Source of the DNA: Lama guanicoe
Lineage: Eukaryota
Direction of reading: 5' to 3'
Length of the DNA stretch: 64,000 nucleotides
NCBI GenBank assembly: GCA_013239625.1
Contig: MU053810.1
Location: 4,000,071 to 4,064,070 of the forward strand
Below the pieces are notes generated by a model. That model was given only the letters and a program-made list of their open reading frames with translations. It had not been told where the DNA came from and did not search any database. Made by a program: the position numbers and the translations under genes. Below are positions 35,070 through 48,176 of this stretch, in pieces; position 1 is the first letter of the stretch, and every line of letters begins with the position of its first letter.

Positions 35070-35433
35070 TATAAAAATTAATAAACAGAAACCTCAATTA
35101 AAAGAATCAGGAGGCCAGGAGGGGGGAGCCCACGAGGGGGAGCCCCATAGGAAGAAGAAAGACTTCCCCTTCCTGCCTGGTGAGAGCTCAGCCAATGAGA
35201 GACCGCAGCTCAGTCAATGAAAAGCCACTATACTTGGAATTCTCAGTTCCTCCAGTGGACTCTTTGGTTACTATAGACTTCCTCTGCCCCTCTTTTAAGA
35301 GTTTTCTCCTTGCTCTGTGAGTACTTGCCTGTGGCTCAGCATGGTTCCAGATGCCATTTGCAATTCTTTGTTGATCTCAAATAAACCCATTTTTTTACTG
35401 GATAAATAACTGGCATTCTGTTTTAAGGTGACG
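35070..35433 (+). mobile_element. ERV1-class solo LTR
   Basis: Degenerate termini, CCAAT box, AATAAACCC near the 3' end, TSD-like ATAG/ATAA. Confidence 0.65.
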
Positions 35434-35720
35434 ATAACCAGCTCTTTGTCTTCCTCCTCTCCCATAATAATTCAAGAAAAACCAAAGAACCAGTTAAGAT
35501 CTCCAAGTGTGCTTTGATTTGTGACCTAGGCATATGCTTCACAGCCCAGAGGAATTTGTTTCTTAAGTGTTTGGCATTTCAAAAATTTGTGTATGTCTGT
35601 ACAATGGTAATTTCAGGAGAAGTTGCATTTTAAATATGGTAAACATGTTGAAGAGTATTTTAAGTGAGTTGATTATCTATCATCTTGTGGCAAAAAGTTT
35701 TCTAATGATTAAAAAAGTTC

Positions 35721-35848
35721 TGTTGTTGTTGTTGAGGGGAGGAGGTAATTAAATTTATTTGTTGATTTAAATGGAGGTACTGAGGACTGAACCCAGGACC
35801 TCGTGCATGCTAAGCATGCACTTGGCCACTTGAGCTATACCATCCCCC
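35721..35848 (-). mobile_element. tRNA-derived SINE, Vic-1 type
   Basis: Reverse complement of the same SINE (CCCAGGACCTCGTGCATGCTAAGCATGCAC...TGAGCTATACC). Confidence 0.9.
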
Positions 35849-36517
35849 AACAATGATTCTTAAATAATACCATTTAGGAAGTAGTGTTAAGATATTGTCA
35901 CCAAGTTTAATTTAAATAGTAAACCGTTTTGCATATTCTAATGGCAGCACTTAGTGAAAGTATGTTTGGGAATATAATTTCTTCAGTGAGCTATTTGTGA
36001 ATTCATGGATGTGGATGACCAAGAGTATTGTCTCAGATGGGTTGAGTTCTCCCTCCTCCGGGCTGCTTGATCTCCTGGACACACGGTCATGCATCCACAT
36101 GTGATAAATCACCAGCATTATTTAAATTGTTTTCTCTTCCTCCTCATCTCTTCCCACTCTTCCTTCTTCCTCTTCACCCCTCTGCCTTTTTGTCCTCCTC
36201 CTCCCATTTTTATTCCATACCATAGGCTTATAATTACATTCCCTTGATATATTCTCGTACATTAATTTGTTTATGATGCAACTTCACGGTATTTGGCAAG
36301 TCATGGTACTTTGGATTGTTATTTTCATTTCACTCTCATTAAATCAATTCAAGAAACACAGAATGTAGGATTTAGCTAAATGCATGTAACAGCATTGGAG
36401 TTTGGTTTTGTGCGTGCTTTTGCAAAGTAATTTGATCTTAAAAGATAATTGCTTTAGGACCTTGCCAAAATCGGGGGTAAAGAACTTCTCTTATAAAGCA
36501 TACTTTTGCTTCTCTAG

Positions 36518-36769
36518 GGTTATCAAGGAGCAGGACTTTGAGGGCACCAAAATTTCATGATTAGTCAAAGGGTTTTTCTACCATCCTCTTTGTTTTCTAC
36601 CCAAAATCATGTTAAGCCATATCTAGATATTACGCTCACTGACTTTCAGGCATCTACAAATGAGATATTTCTTCATAAAATCTTGAAGCAGTCCTGGACT
36701 TTTATTTACTTGGCAAAAGTGAATACAAAGGAATTTGCCTGCAGCACACAGCTGGGCTCTGTGACAGCA
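36518..36769 (+). pseudogene. Cryptic gene exon E12 (252 nt, symmetric)
   Basis: cttttgcttctctag|...gca|gtgagt. The phase-0 frame has 1 stop in 84 codons (ORF 36557..36811) and the chained phase-2 frame has 5, so the frame is unresolved. Confidence 0.55.
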
Positions 36770-37085
36770 GTGAGTTTCTCCTCGAAAGGGTGGCCCTACC
36801 ACCTCATCTGAAATGGAAAATGTCAGTGAGAAGACATTCAGCCATCACTCTCTTCCCAGTGGAGACATGTTCACTGTGCGAGTTTTTCTCTAATAATTAC
36901 CCTAACTGGCAAGCGTGCACACATTTTGAAATGAGAGAAAATTCTTACAGACATTTTGTAAACATAATATATTCTTCCCTCATTGCAATGTTTGTCTTCT
37001 GGGGAAGAATTTGCAGAGCCTTGTGGTAAGTTGCTTAATCGTAGTCATGGTCTGTTAATTTCTTTTTTTTTTTTCTCTCCCATAG

Positions 37086-37273
37086 AGAGGGAAAAAAATA
37101 ACTGCTAAATATCAGGGTTCCGAGGCTCATTCAGGAGCATTTGGATCAAAGGTCTCCAGAACAGCACTTTTTACTTGGTATACCACAGCAGGCTCTTGAC
37201 TGGATTCCATGGCCCTTAGGGGAATCTTTGGCTGGACTGTAGGATGCTGGAAACCCTTCTAGAAAGAGGCTGC
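37086..37273 (+). pseudogene. Cryptic gene exon E13 (phase 2->1)
   Basis: T-tract ctctcccatag|...tgc|gtaatc; EGKK*LLNIRVPRLIQEHLDQRSPEQHFLLGIPQQALDWIPWPLGESLAGL*DAGNPSRKRL. Confidence 0.5.
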
Positions 37274-37535
37274 GTAATCTTTTGTGTGTGTGTATATTTC
37301 ATCTGTTTGTTTTTTTTTTTCAATCTTCCCTGACTTTCTAAAATGATCTTTTGCAGCATTCCAGAAGCTAAAGTTTGCTTCTCAAATTATAGTAATTCTT
37401 ATTTGGCATGTGAAACTTACATGCTGTTGCCTAAGTCCATTTTTTTTGAATGTTAAATAAAACAAACAGCAAGGGAACAAGTGCAACACTAGAATATGAC
37501 TGAGGCTTGTCTTGTTTTTTCTTGTTTTGATTTAG

Positions 37536-37620
37536 CGGAATTATATTGACTTCAAGAGCTTTGCGCTGAAGCACGTTGGAACGCCCCTAACTGAAAGAGA
37601 AAGATACCTACTTTGTTTGG
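37536..37620 (+). pseudogene. Cryptic gene exon E14 (85 nt)
   Basis: ttgttttgatttag|...tgg|gtaagt. Chained frame PELY*LQELCAEARWNAPN*KRKIPTLF; the phase-0 frame is fully open (RNYIDFKSFALKHVGTPLTERERYLLCL). Confidence 0.55.
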
Positions 37621-39815
37621 GTAAGTGCATGGTACTTTGTCATTAAGGTTCTTGGCTTGTCAAGTACAATCAAAACTACATACAATATTTGGTGATATGA
37701 AAGAAAATACTTTAAAAGATTGAGTTTTTTTATTATGAAGTCTTTTTTTTTCCAAATAGAGAAATTAGGATGATTTTTTAGATAAATTTCAAAAGGCGGG
37801 CCACTTTTCTTTATTCATAGGAGGAAAAGCCTATTTTAGACACTGTTAATAAATTATAACACCATTTATAGCAACAGTTTGACCACAAATAGTGATGAGA
37901 AAAATTCTGAAATACTAGGAAATGGTGGACCTTTAAATAGAAATTTTTATACAATTTGGGAAAATTGCCACTGAACGTGTCAGTTTAAGGGAAAATTGCT
38001 AGTTAATTTTTAAAGTAAGTCTATATATACCTCTTGAATACTTTCAAGCAGAGTTTAACTTGGTTTCACCTCATTTTAGTTAAAAGCATTTAGTCACTCC
38101 AAGAGCTAAACTGAAAGACGCATCAGTTTGTTTTTATGTTGTTTCTCAATGTAATATATGAAGCTTTTACAAGACTTCTGGCCCTGTGTATGCTACATGG
38201 TTTTAAGGATTTTGTCATCCAAGTTTGTCAACAACTTTTATGTGATAGGAATTAGAACTATCTATTGCTGTATAGCTGGTTTCTGAAGGTTTCACTGTCA
38301 CTGATCTTGTGTATCATTTGTTTAGGGCCCTGGGTTGTGGGCCAGTGCTTTTACTTTAAAGAACTATATGACTTGTGATCACAGAAAAGGACTAAATGAG
38401 CCAGGGTATAAGGATTCCTAATCACTCCCTGAGTCATTCCCCTGTAGTGTTAGTGAAGTCAGTTAAATCCTTTCGCACAATTGTTATAAATCTGGAGTCA
38501 TCCATATCAGTCTTACTGAAGAGTAGAAAATTGTTATGAATCTGAAGGAGAACAAAAATAAGTATCTTGGATTCAGCTACTGTACTTTTAGCAAAAATAA
38601 TACTTATTTTTTGGAATGCTTTACTTTCTAAAAGAGAAAAACAGAAACAACCCTGAATTTTTTTCTACATACATAGTCTTTTTATATTGAAATTTATTAT
38701 CTTGAGAGTAATAGAGCTTCAGAATTTTTTTCTTGGATAGCCATCTGCCAATCGGAGAAATTCAGTGAATGCCTAAGAAACTAGTCATAATCACTCACAT
38801 CCTTGAATTCTATCTACTTCCAGTATAATATTTTATTAATTCCCATGCTCCCTGAAGCACCTATGTTACCTATGTCCAAAAATCCTGTTTGTTTGTTTTT
38901 TTTATGTGGCATAATTGTGCGATTTCTAACTGGTGTTCTCTTGTTAATCCATTTGCAAACATTTGCCTGTATCCTGATCACACTGAACAACCTGGAATTA
39001 CTTGATACATCAAAATATTATGTATTTCTTGGGCTGTTTAAATGACTATTATTGATCTCTAAAATGATTGTTTATAATTTTTTCAATTAACCTTACCTTT
39101 TAAGTAAGAAAGTAAAGCTACTTTCTTCAAAAGACATTATTTGACCATATTTGTTAGGAAGTCAGAAGTATTTCCTATGAGTATTTGAACACTCACTACC
39201 ACTATTATATCCAAATATCATTCATTCCTGTCAAGTTTGACACTTACATATTTTTTTCATCCCCATTGTCTTAGTTCAGGTGCCCTATTAACTATTTTTC
39301 CCAGTTTCCAGCATTAATCCTCTGCAGACTATGCAAAGCCAAGAGATTAATCTTTTTTTCTTTTTGCTATTACTTTCTTTAAAAATGTATTAACTCCCCC
39401 GCCCCAGCAATGTCTATTCATTGTAAAAAGATCAGAAAACAGATAATGTAAAAATAAGAAACAAAAAGTACCTGTATCCACCAGCTGGATGAACAACTGC
39501 TAAAATTTTGGTATACATTCTCTCAGACGATATTAAACATATAAATAGTAGAATGTTATGTAAGGTTGAACCCTAGTAGTTTTTGAATCCTTGGTGAGGT
39601 GAGCTTCAAAATAAGCTGAACTAAGATTTGCAGTCTGATTTGCATTGGATAATGGATGGTGCATTTATTATGCTGATATACTTAAGTCAGACCATTGGTT
39701 GGTGATGGATTATTGGTTGATTTTATTCTAAAGGACCATATGGCCAAATCATGTACCTTTGTTGAGGTTATGGTTTCTCTTGAAAGAAACAGATGTCTCT
39801 GCTCTGTCATCCTAG

Positions 39816-40948
39816 GGCTGGTCAATCCTGGAGACTGAAACTTGGAAGGCAAGCTGAGGTTAAGGTAAAAGGCATTTCTCTTTTTAACACCAAAAGTTCC
39901 TTTAGTCTAAACTCTGAGGAACAGGATTCCAGGGCAGTTTCACTGAAGTGGGAACAGCTATGGTGACATGAGAATGCTGGGAGCGAATCAGCCTTATTCA
40001 TGACCAAGGAAATGCACTGCACATGAGTAGTAGAAATTCTGAGTCATTCTGCATATGGTACTTACTCCCCAGTGATACAGGAAAAATGAGATGTCAGAGG
40101 TTGGCCGTGTCCCAGGTCTTGGTCGAGTCCCCAGGAGGTGTCCTGCCAAGTGAGGGTCCTTGGCTTCATACGAGAAAGAATTCAAGAGTGAGCCGCAGTT
40201 GAGCAAAGATAGATTTATTCAGAGAGATACTCACTCCATAGACACAGTGCCAGTGGTCTTTGAAGGCAGGAGAGAGCAACAGGCGAGAGGCGGTGGTTGC
40301 ACAGCATAGGGTCATCTAGGAAAGTGAGATTGGCCAAGAGACGTGAGGGCTGTCAGGGAAGTTAAAGGAAAAGTAGGTTTACACGCTCCATAGTCAGAGC
40401 CTGGGTGGGTCATTCCCAAAGGCCAGAGAGCGTGACAGTGAGGCACTGGATTGTTAGGTTTTATGGGCTCGGTTACTTCATATGCTAACGAGAGGGAGGA
40501 TTATTCCAATTACTTGGGGGAAGGGTCATGGAGTCCCAGGAACTGAGCCACCACCCACTTTTTGACCTTTTATGGTTAGCCTCGGTACTGTCATGGCACC
40601 AGTGGGTGTGTCATTTCTCATGCTACTGTATCACAATGAGTCTATAATAAAGCTCAAGGTCCACTGGGAGTCAAATCTCCTGCCATTTTGGGCCCCAAGG
40701 TCTGCTGGGAGTTGAGCCTCCTGCCACCTTGGTGCTAACTGCCACGTCATTCTTTTCATGGTTGTGCCCTGTCCCCTTCCCACCTGCCCGTCTCACCAAT
40801 ATTGGCAAAACTACAGTGAGACTCACTGGAAATGACAGCCCACTTCCTACTGAACCGTGAGGAAATGAGGAAAGGAGTCCATTTGATACTTGAGACAAAA
40901 TTAAATGACAAAGTACAACTGAGAATGGCCAGAGAGCAAAGATAACAG
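39816..40948 (+). pseudogene. Cryptic gene exon E15 (phase 2->0), interrupted by the LTR at 40073-40795
   Basis: ctgtcatcctag|...cag|gtaagt. Removing the LTR and one TSD copy leaves 406 nt in one frame with 4 stops in 135 codons: AGQSWRLKLGRQAEVKVKGISLF...AYGTYSP/ILAKLQ*DSLEMTAHFLLNREEMRKGVHLILETKLNDKVQLRMAREQR*Q. Confidence 0.6.
40073..40795 (-). mobile_element. MER41-like ERV1 solo LTR
   Basis: GGGTCCTTGGCTTC...AAAGAATTCAAGAGTGAGCC and CTGTCATGGCACCAGTGGGTGTGTC motifs, TG/CA termini, TSD CCAG/CCAA. Confidence 0.8.
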
Positions 40949-43024
40949 GTAAGTAAATATAGTTGAAATACATTCTGTATCTGGTCAGTAACTTAAATTC
41001 AGCAGCAGGGAAATTATAGATGACTGACATTACCTTTTTCAGCACTGATGGGACTTAATTTACTTGCGCCACGTGTTTTGTAATCCTGTGTGTGGCAATG
41101 ACTTAACCGAATGACCTTTAAAAGGTAAAGTCTCCTTTAGGTGATTGATTTCCTAGCTAGGTAATAATCCTTTGAGAAAACAAGTCTTCATGAACAATAG
41201 GAGGCTGTGTTTATCTTTTATTTCATTGTTCTGAACCTCTTCATTGTTGACTGTCGTTCATAGGTTTTGTAGAGTCCGGAAGCAGGGCGAGGAGTTCTGT
41301 GGTTAGTAACCCCCTCTCCCCCACAATATTTCCATGTTGCCTACAGTGATGATGTTGCTTTAATGCTTTTTGTATGATCTATTGTGAAGGAACATGCAGC
41401 TCTCCAGTTTAAATCTATCTTGTTAATGCTTCCTTGTTCTACTAGTGGAAAGTGGATCTGAGATTTCCTGAGTCTCAAAAGGCATTTTTAATGTACCAAT
41501 TAGTTTAAACTAATCTGTTTAAAGACAGCAATTAACATAGGATACTTAAATAGCTAAGTTTTTCCTCTGCATATCCTGGCCTCTGAAATGTCACTGAGCC
41601 TGTGTTTCACATGCTACTCAAACCTGGGGGAGGAGGTGTTTCCAATGAACATAAAGATAAATTCAACCTTTCCATCTCTAGAGTCCATTTTATTTCATTG
41701 TTGTGTAACAGATTCAAGTGGGAATTTGCTCTGTTAAGTTACCTTTTGTTTTTTTAAGGATACTCTTCTCACAGAGGAAAGCTAACTACCTTTTCAGTCT
41801 TTTTCTTTAAATATTTTGCATTCATGGATCTGAAATGTGAATATTTTTGGTTTTTATAGCACCAAGATTATGTCTTAACTTTTTATAATGGAGTAAAATA
41901 CATCAAAATGATTTCTGTCTTATAAATTGCTTTATACTGACTGAATTCAGTGCATGCTAATGGTTAAATATTCATGTACAATAATATTTAAATATCTGTC
42001 TTCTCCTAAGGCCCAAAGTAGCAGATTGCTCATACCACTAGATCTCCAACTTTTGCTTGGCTCCTAATTCCTTGGAGAACACAGGACCTAACACCTTGGG
42101 TCCCAGAATAATCTACTTCAATAGGTTTGGAGAAGGGTCAAGAACTCACCTTTCTAATGGGTTTTTAGGAGATACTGATGCTTCTTGCCTGAGAATCCCA
42201 CTTGGATTTAAATATTCAGAGGGATGGTCTTCACAGGGCTTACCTGGATACCAGAACGCTTCTGTGGCTAATAGACACAGACAGAGACCCCTCAGGGATA
42301 TTCCAACTCTAAGACCTGTGGTCTTATATCTCCGTTTAGTTTCATGACCATTGGAATTCTGGCCCAAGTGGTGATGGGGAGAGGCTGATGCCATTAGCCC
42401 CAAATCAGCTGGAGAACAGGCAGGAGTTAGAAGGGTTTGTACAAGTTGAGCTGGAAGTCTGGGTGGAGGGGTGCTAAAGCCAAGTAGAATTTGTGGTCCA
42501 TCACTTGGGAGTAAGAACAGGGCTGCAGAGACAAGGAAAATCCAAAATGTATTGATGACTTCGTGATAGGTGCCTTCATTGTGTCATTTCATTTAATCTA
42601 CACAAGTCTCCTAAGGGTAAGGAATGGTATTTTTATTTTTACGGATGGGGCAGGAGACTGAGACACGGAAAGTTTAAGTAACTTGTAATTGTTTAGAGCC
42701 CAGATGTGAACCCCAGTTGGTCTGTTTCCAAATTCTGTTATGTCTGTGGATGAGGGGGTTTGAGAAGGGAAGCAGGCACAGCGCTCCACACTGCACAGGG
42801 GTCAGGTGGGATGGAGGCTGGGAAAAGTCCAAGTAGATTTTGCTGCCTGAAAAGAAACCCTTTAGTGTTTTTGCTGGGCAGTGGCGTGTAAGTCTGCCAA
42901 CAGTAGAGGGCCAGGAAGCAGAGGCAATAAGTGAAAATTTGCTTTTTGAAAAAAACTGGTTTTAAAAGGAAAAAGACAAGAGAATGGTAGCTTGAAGATT
43001 AAGAACTTCCCTAATGTAGTCACC

Positions 43025-43385
43025 GGTTACAGACTGAATGTTGTGGCCCAACCAAATTCATATGTTGAAACCCCCACCTCCAGTGGCCCTTCAGGAGGTA
43101 ACTAGGTCCAGATTAGGTTATGAAGGTGGGACCCTCATGATGGGGTTAGTGCCTTTATAAGAAGAGGGAAAAAGAGAGCGATCTCTTTCTCCATGTGCGT
43201 GCACCCAAAAAAGGCCCGGTGAGCACACAATAAGAAAGTGGCCATCTGCCAGCCAGGAGGGAGACTCTCCAGAACCAGAGCGTGCTAGCAGACTTCCAGC
43301 CTCCAGAACTGTGAGAAGAAAGTAGACTCCTGTTGTTCCAGCCATCAGTCTATGGTGTTTTGTCGCAGCATCCCAAGCTAAGACA
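43025..43385 (+). mobile_element. MaLR LTR, MLT1A-like
   Basis: GACTGAATGTT...AAATTCATATGTTGAAACC...GACTTCCAGCCTCCAGAACTGTGAGAA...CTAAGACA. 5-bp TSD TCACC/GCACC. Confidence 0.88.
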
Positions 43386-43691
43386 GCACCCATGCAAATC
43401 AGTGGTTTGTTTATTCAGACATGGTCTATTAAGACCATGTCTAATGGACTGTGAATACATCAAATTGTCTTTCTTGGTGTTTTTTCCCATCCCTACTTGT
43501 GTTGGAACACTTACAAACAAGCAGGGTATTCCAGTCTTGTCAGATATACTTGTCAGATTCTCCTGCCAAATATGCTTAATTATGTAACTGGGTGAGGTGT
43601 GCATAGCCTCTTACATAAGAACCGGTTTTTCTGTCATTTATCAAGCTGGACTGGGCTACCTCTCTTTTGCTTGTGTTCATGTGATACACAG

Positions 43692-43893
43692 GGTGGTGAA
43701 GATGGTGTTAAAGACATTGCTTGAATGACTTTCAGTTTTAGTTTGAGCTTTAGAGCTGATGAGCTAAAGTTCTTAACACTTAACCCTAAGGAAATCAACT
43801 CTATTACATTTGTCTTTGAAGTGTTTAGAGAACTTTCCAAAATAAATGAAATCAAGTTATTGTTTCATGCGGGTCAGTCTATTCACATAAAAG
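43692..43893 (+). pseudogene. Cryptic gene exon E16 (phase 0->1)
   Basis: tacacag|...aag|gtaatg; GGEDGVKDIA*MTFSFSLSFRADELKFLTLNPKEINSITFVFEVFRELSKINEIKLLFHAGQSIHIK (1 stop in 67 codons). Confidence 0.55.
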
Positions 43894-44425
43894 GTAATGT
43901 AAAATGTTCTTTCATTTCTGTTTTATGAAATCAGTTTATCTTTTGATTTTGAAGTTGTAGTGGAGATAACTTATGAATGACTATAGAAAAATTTTTTTAC
44001 AGCATGACTAGAAAGATTCTTAGTTGATTGTTACTGAACTCCCAAATATGTAACAGGTAGAGCCAACAGAATCAACCATATTAAACATGAAACGAGGGTG
44101 GCTCAAATTCTTTTTAGAACCAAGAAGAGTATAAAATAATGAATGCATTACAAAGATCCTAATTAGTGTCGAAGGGAAAAGGATATTGCTGATATCACAT
44201 GATTTCTATGAATTGAAAAAAGTTTTAAAGATGATGTATGGGCTTTTCTGAAGCATATCCTAGCTAAATTTTCAAAACTGCTGGGAGGTCTTCCTGATGA
44301 TAAATATGAAGACTGCGTGAAGCCATGATCTTATTCTTCAGTAATATGAGGACTCAAGGGTAGACAGACACTCAGACATCTCCAAAAGTCAGCCCCATGT
44401 GTAGGTGAAATGTAATAGCCATCCA

Positions 44426-44490
44426 GTATCTATCTACCTACCTATCTATCCATCCATCCATCCATTTACCTATCTATCCATCTATCTGTC
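44426..44490. repeat. Compound (TCTA/CCTA/TCCA)n microsatellite
   Basis: Seen directly. Confidence 0.9.
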
Positions 44491-44619
44491 TTTTACAGGC
44501 CAATGGTGGCATTATCCTTCTCCTTCTAAGTCACCCGAAATCCAAAATATTAGAACATTGCTTTGAGTTGCACACTGAACAGGTGAATTATCCCCTAGAT
44601 CACCTGAATGTACTACCAA

Positions 44620-44770
44620 TTTGTTATCACCTTTCTGTGTCTCAGTTTGCTCATCTGTAAAATGGGGATAACAGTAGTACCCACCTTATAGAGTTATTAT
44701 GAGAATTAACTATGAGTGCATGTAAAGCCCTGAGAACTATGTCTGCCATAGAGTGAGCCCCCAGTTATAA
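44620..44770. mobile_element. MIR SINE fragment
   Basis: CTCAGTTTGCTCATCTGTAAAATGGGGATAACAGTAGTACC core. Confidence 0.85.
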
Positions 44771-47072
44771 CATTACATATATTAGCTAGAAGGAAAAATG
44801 GAATAAGTCATCTTCCCTGAAGTTGTCAACAAAGAGTCCAGCATCTTTTTGTGTATTTATTGGTCATTCTGTTTCTCCTGTTCTGAGAATTCTGTTGTCA
44901 TATCTTTTTGCTCTTTTAAGGTTGTTTGTTTATTTTGTTAGTCATCTATAGGAGTTCTTTATAATATTTAGTCACTAATATTTTTCTCTCTCAGTCCATG
45001 GCTTTTGATTTTTAAATGTTATCTTTTAATGAATAATCATTCGTTAATTATTTTTAAAAATTCTATTTAATAATGTTTTATATACCCTGGGATCATAAAA
45101 TTAGTTTCCAAAGTTTTCCTCTGTTTTAGAGTGTTTTTTCCTCCTATTTAGCTTTTAATTTATCTGCAATTGAATTTTGTAAATTATATGGGATAGGAAT
45201 CTAATTTTGTCTTATTTTTCCATATAAATAACCAATTATTCTGGCATAACTTATTGAATTGAATTTTCTATGCTGAGAATGGGAGAGTTTTTATTAATCC
45301 TGTGTGGTTTGTTTAGCTTCCTGAAATTGAGAGATCAGGTTATTATCAATATCTGGGAAAACTTAAGACATTATCTTTTTGAATATTTTCTTTTTTGCAT
45401 TCTTTTTATTTTCTTTCTCTGGAACTCATAACTATGTTGGACCTTCTAATTCTATCTTCCATGTTTTTTGACTTCTTTAAAAAATTTTTCACATCCTTGA
45501 TTCTCTGTCTTGCTTTCTGTGCAATGCCCTCAGATTTAAGTTACCTCTTGCTAATTTTTTTCTGCATCTGTGTCTAATATGCTGTTTAACATTTCCATTA
45601 AATTTTAACTTCAATGACTCTATTTTTCACTTAAATAACTTGTAGTTTATTCTTTTTCAAATCTACCTTATTTTTATAGTGTCTTACTATTCTTTCATGT
45701 GTTCAATTTTTTGTTTGTCTTTATTATACTTTTATAATACATATATTATATATCTTTGTTATATTTACACTTGTTTCTTGTCTCTGATATTTTATTATTT
45801 GAAGTTCTTCTACCATGTGTAAAGTAGGTTGATTTTCAGTATGGTTTCCTGGTTTATTTGTAAATTTTGGATTATGAACTCATCTTAAGTGGGACTTTTT
45901 GGTGGGAATCTTGTACATCCTCCAGAGCAGTTTTTAATTTCTACTGTTAGGATATTTCCAAGTTGGCAGGACTTTTTGTTGCTGTTGTGGTTAGCTTTTG
46001 GGCTCAAACATCTTCAGACAGTGGAATAGGCTCATGACTACACATTTTTGGGAGAAATAATTATTTTTTTCCCACCCCAAGCCTAGGCCAAGATAAACAG
46101 TCATTTTTTGGATGGCATTTTGTTGTTGCTGTTACAGTATACTTTTTGCAAAGGAGTAAAACCTTCTGGAATCTCTCTTGATTCAGTTCAATCTTCCTTT
46201 CCTCAAAAAGGCCCCGGACTTCATCTGTTACTTATGATTAGGAAACTAACCTTTTGGTTGCAAAGACATGTAAAATGCTGTAGAGCTGTCTGATGTTACC
46301 AACTTATCCTTACCTTTCTCGTTTAGGTTTCTTAGCTGTCGTTGGCCACTGTGTATTTCTCTTGCCTTATTATCTTTAGTTTTGCAGCAGTAGCGCTTTT
46401 AGTTTTTCTCAACTCCCAGACTTCCAGAAAGGGAAGTCTGCTTGACTCTCAAACCTTAGGCTATTCAGACAAGAGTCTCAAATTAGAAAGAAAATGATTT
46501 CAACAGTAATAGAGCCAAACAGTCATAGAGCATATACACAGAATATGTATTAACATGTGTTTGCTTTAAAAATTGGTCCTGTGCCTTTGCCTGCATTGAA
46601 CTGTATTTTCAGGAAAATGACTTGCTGTTGACTGAAAATGTTTTTATTCTTTCAACAAGTTCTTACTAAGTGTCTACTGTCTGCACCACAGCATGGGATG
46701 CACTTCCAATGTCAGTGTATTGGCTACCGGCCTGTTTCTCTCTCTCAGCCAGAAGATAAACAAACCCATTTGTTTGAATTGGAAAAATGACAGTCAGTGC
46801 TCTGCAGATCTTCCACGTGAAAAACTGTGTCTTTAAAACAAAACAAAAAGAAGCTTAAGTGGTGCTGGAATTTTGACAGTGTTGTCACAAAGTGCTGCCC
46901 ATTAAAAGCAATTAGCCATTGTTCTTATTAACTGGATATGCAGCTTAATGCAGCTCAAAGGGCTCACAGTCTGAATCTGATTCACTTACTTTTTTGCAAA
47001 TAATTATGACTCAAGGGAAGACTCAGTAGATCTACCTAAAATTATAAGTGTGTGTTCATTTTGCTCCCTTAG

Positions 47073-47351
47073 AAACGGTATCCTGTTATTTGTATCCACC
47101 TTCTAGAATATGATCTTTTCCAGCGGACAAGTATGGTTTGCTTGGCAAAAGAATGCATAAGGACACCCATTTATGTCTATTAATTTGGCTGAGAGATAAA
47201 GCAAGAGAATGGTGGGTAATGACCTTTCTAGCTACATCGTTCCTGAAAGCTCACTGCAGTGGATTCTGAAGCAAAGTGTTCTTTTGAGAAGGACTCATCA
47301 CAACTGAAAAATAACTCAAATCTTACTAGAAAGTTTCGACGTCCTTAAATG
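47073..47351 (+). pseudogene. Cryptic gene exon E17 (phase 1->1)
   Basis: ttttgctcccttag|...atg|gtaagg; ETVSCYLYPPSRI*SFPADKYGLLGKRMHKDTHLCLLIWLRDKAREWWVMTFLATSFLKAHCSGF*SKVFF*EGLITTEK*LKSY*KVSTSLN. Confidence 0.5.
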
Positions 47352-48176
47352 GTAAGGGGCCTATAAGTATGAAGATTGATAGGAAATCTGTTTCAAGGTC
47401 ATTCTGACCTTGAAGCAAGCTGGGACACAAGCAATCTCCATGTGGCTCTTCCCATGGCCCAAAACTATCGTGAGGTTGTTCAGAAACGACAAAGGACACC
47501 TGCTGTGTTTGAAGACAGAAGGGCAAATATCCATGACTGCATTGTTGTGGCATCTCTGACATTTTCTCACCAGTGCCTGAGCCGTCCATGGGACCCCAAC
47601 AGCCCAGGGTGATGGAAAAGTTTGTGGGACTTATTTGGTTTCTCCCATGACTGAGCTGACTCGCAAGGCTGAGAAGCTGCCATGATTCCTAGAACTGAAT
47701 TTGTGATTTCTTTGACTCTGTAAATCATCAATAAATGATTCATCAAAAAAACACTTAATAAGACTCTGTGCTTGGCTTAAAGTGATAGAGGCAATTAAGA
47801 AATGGTTCCTGCCCCAAAGGAATTCACGAGGTGGTGCAGGAGGCAGAGGGATCCATAAATCACTCAATATGATATAAAGAGAGTGATGTGAAAGGAGAAG
47901 GGACACCGATCCAGTAGTGGGAGTGTGGGGGAGAGGGTCAGGAAGGGGCGCCCAAAAGTGACCTCTGACTTGAGTGAGAAGAGAGTTGCATGTATGTTTG
48001 CCAAGTTGAAGTGTCCTCCGCCATCAGAGAAAATCAAAATTCAGGTACCTTACAGTTAAGACCACAGCGGGTGTGGCTGTTTCTTGAAGTACGGTGCCCT
48101 ATTTGATTATTCTAGTTTTGTTTTCTTTGATTACCTTAGTAACTGTACCTCTGCTATTCTGTGCAGTTATTTTCAG

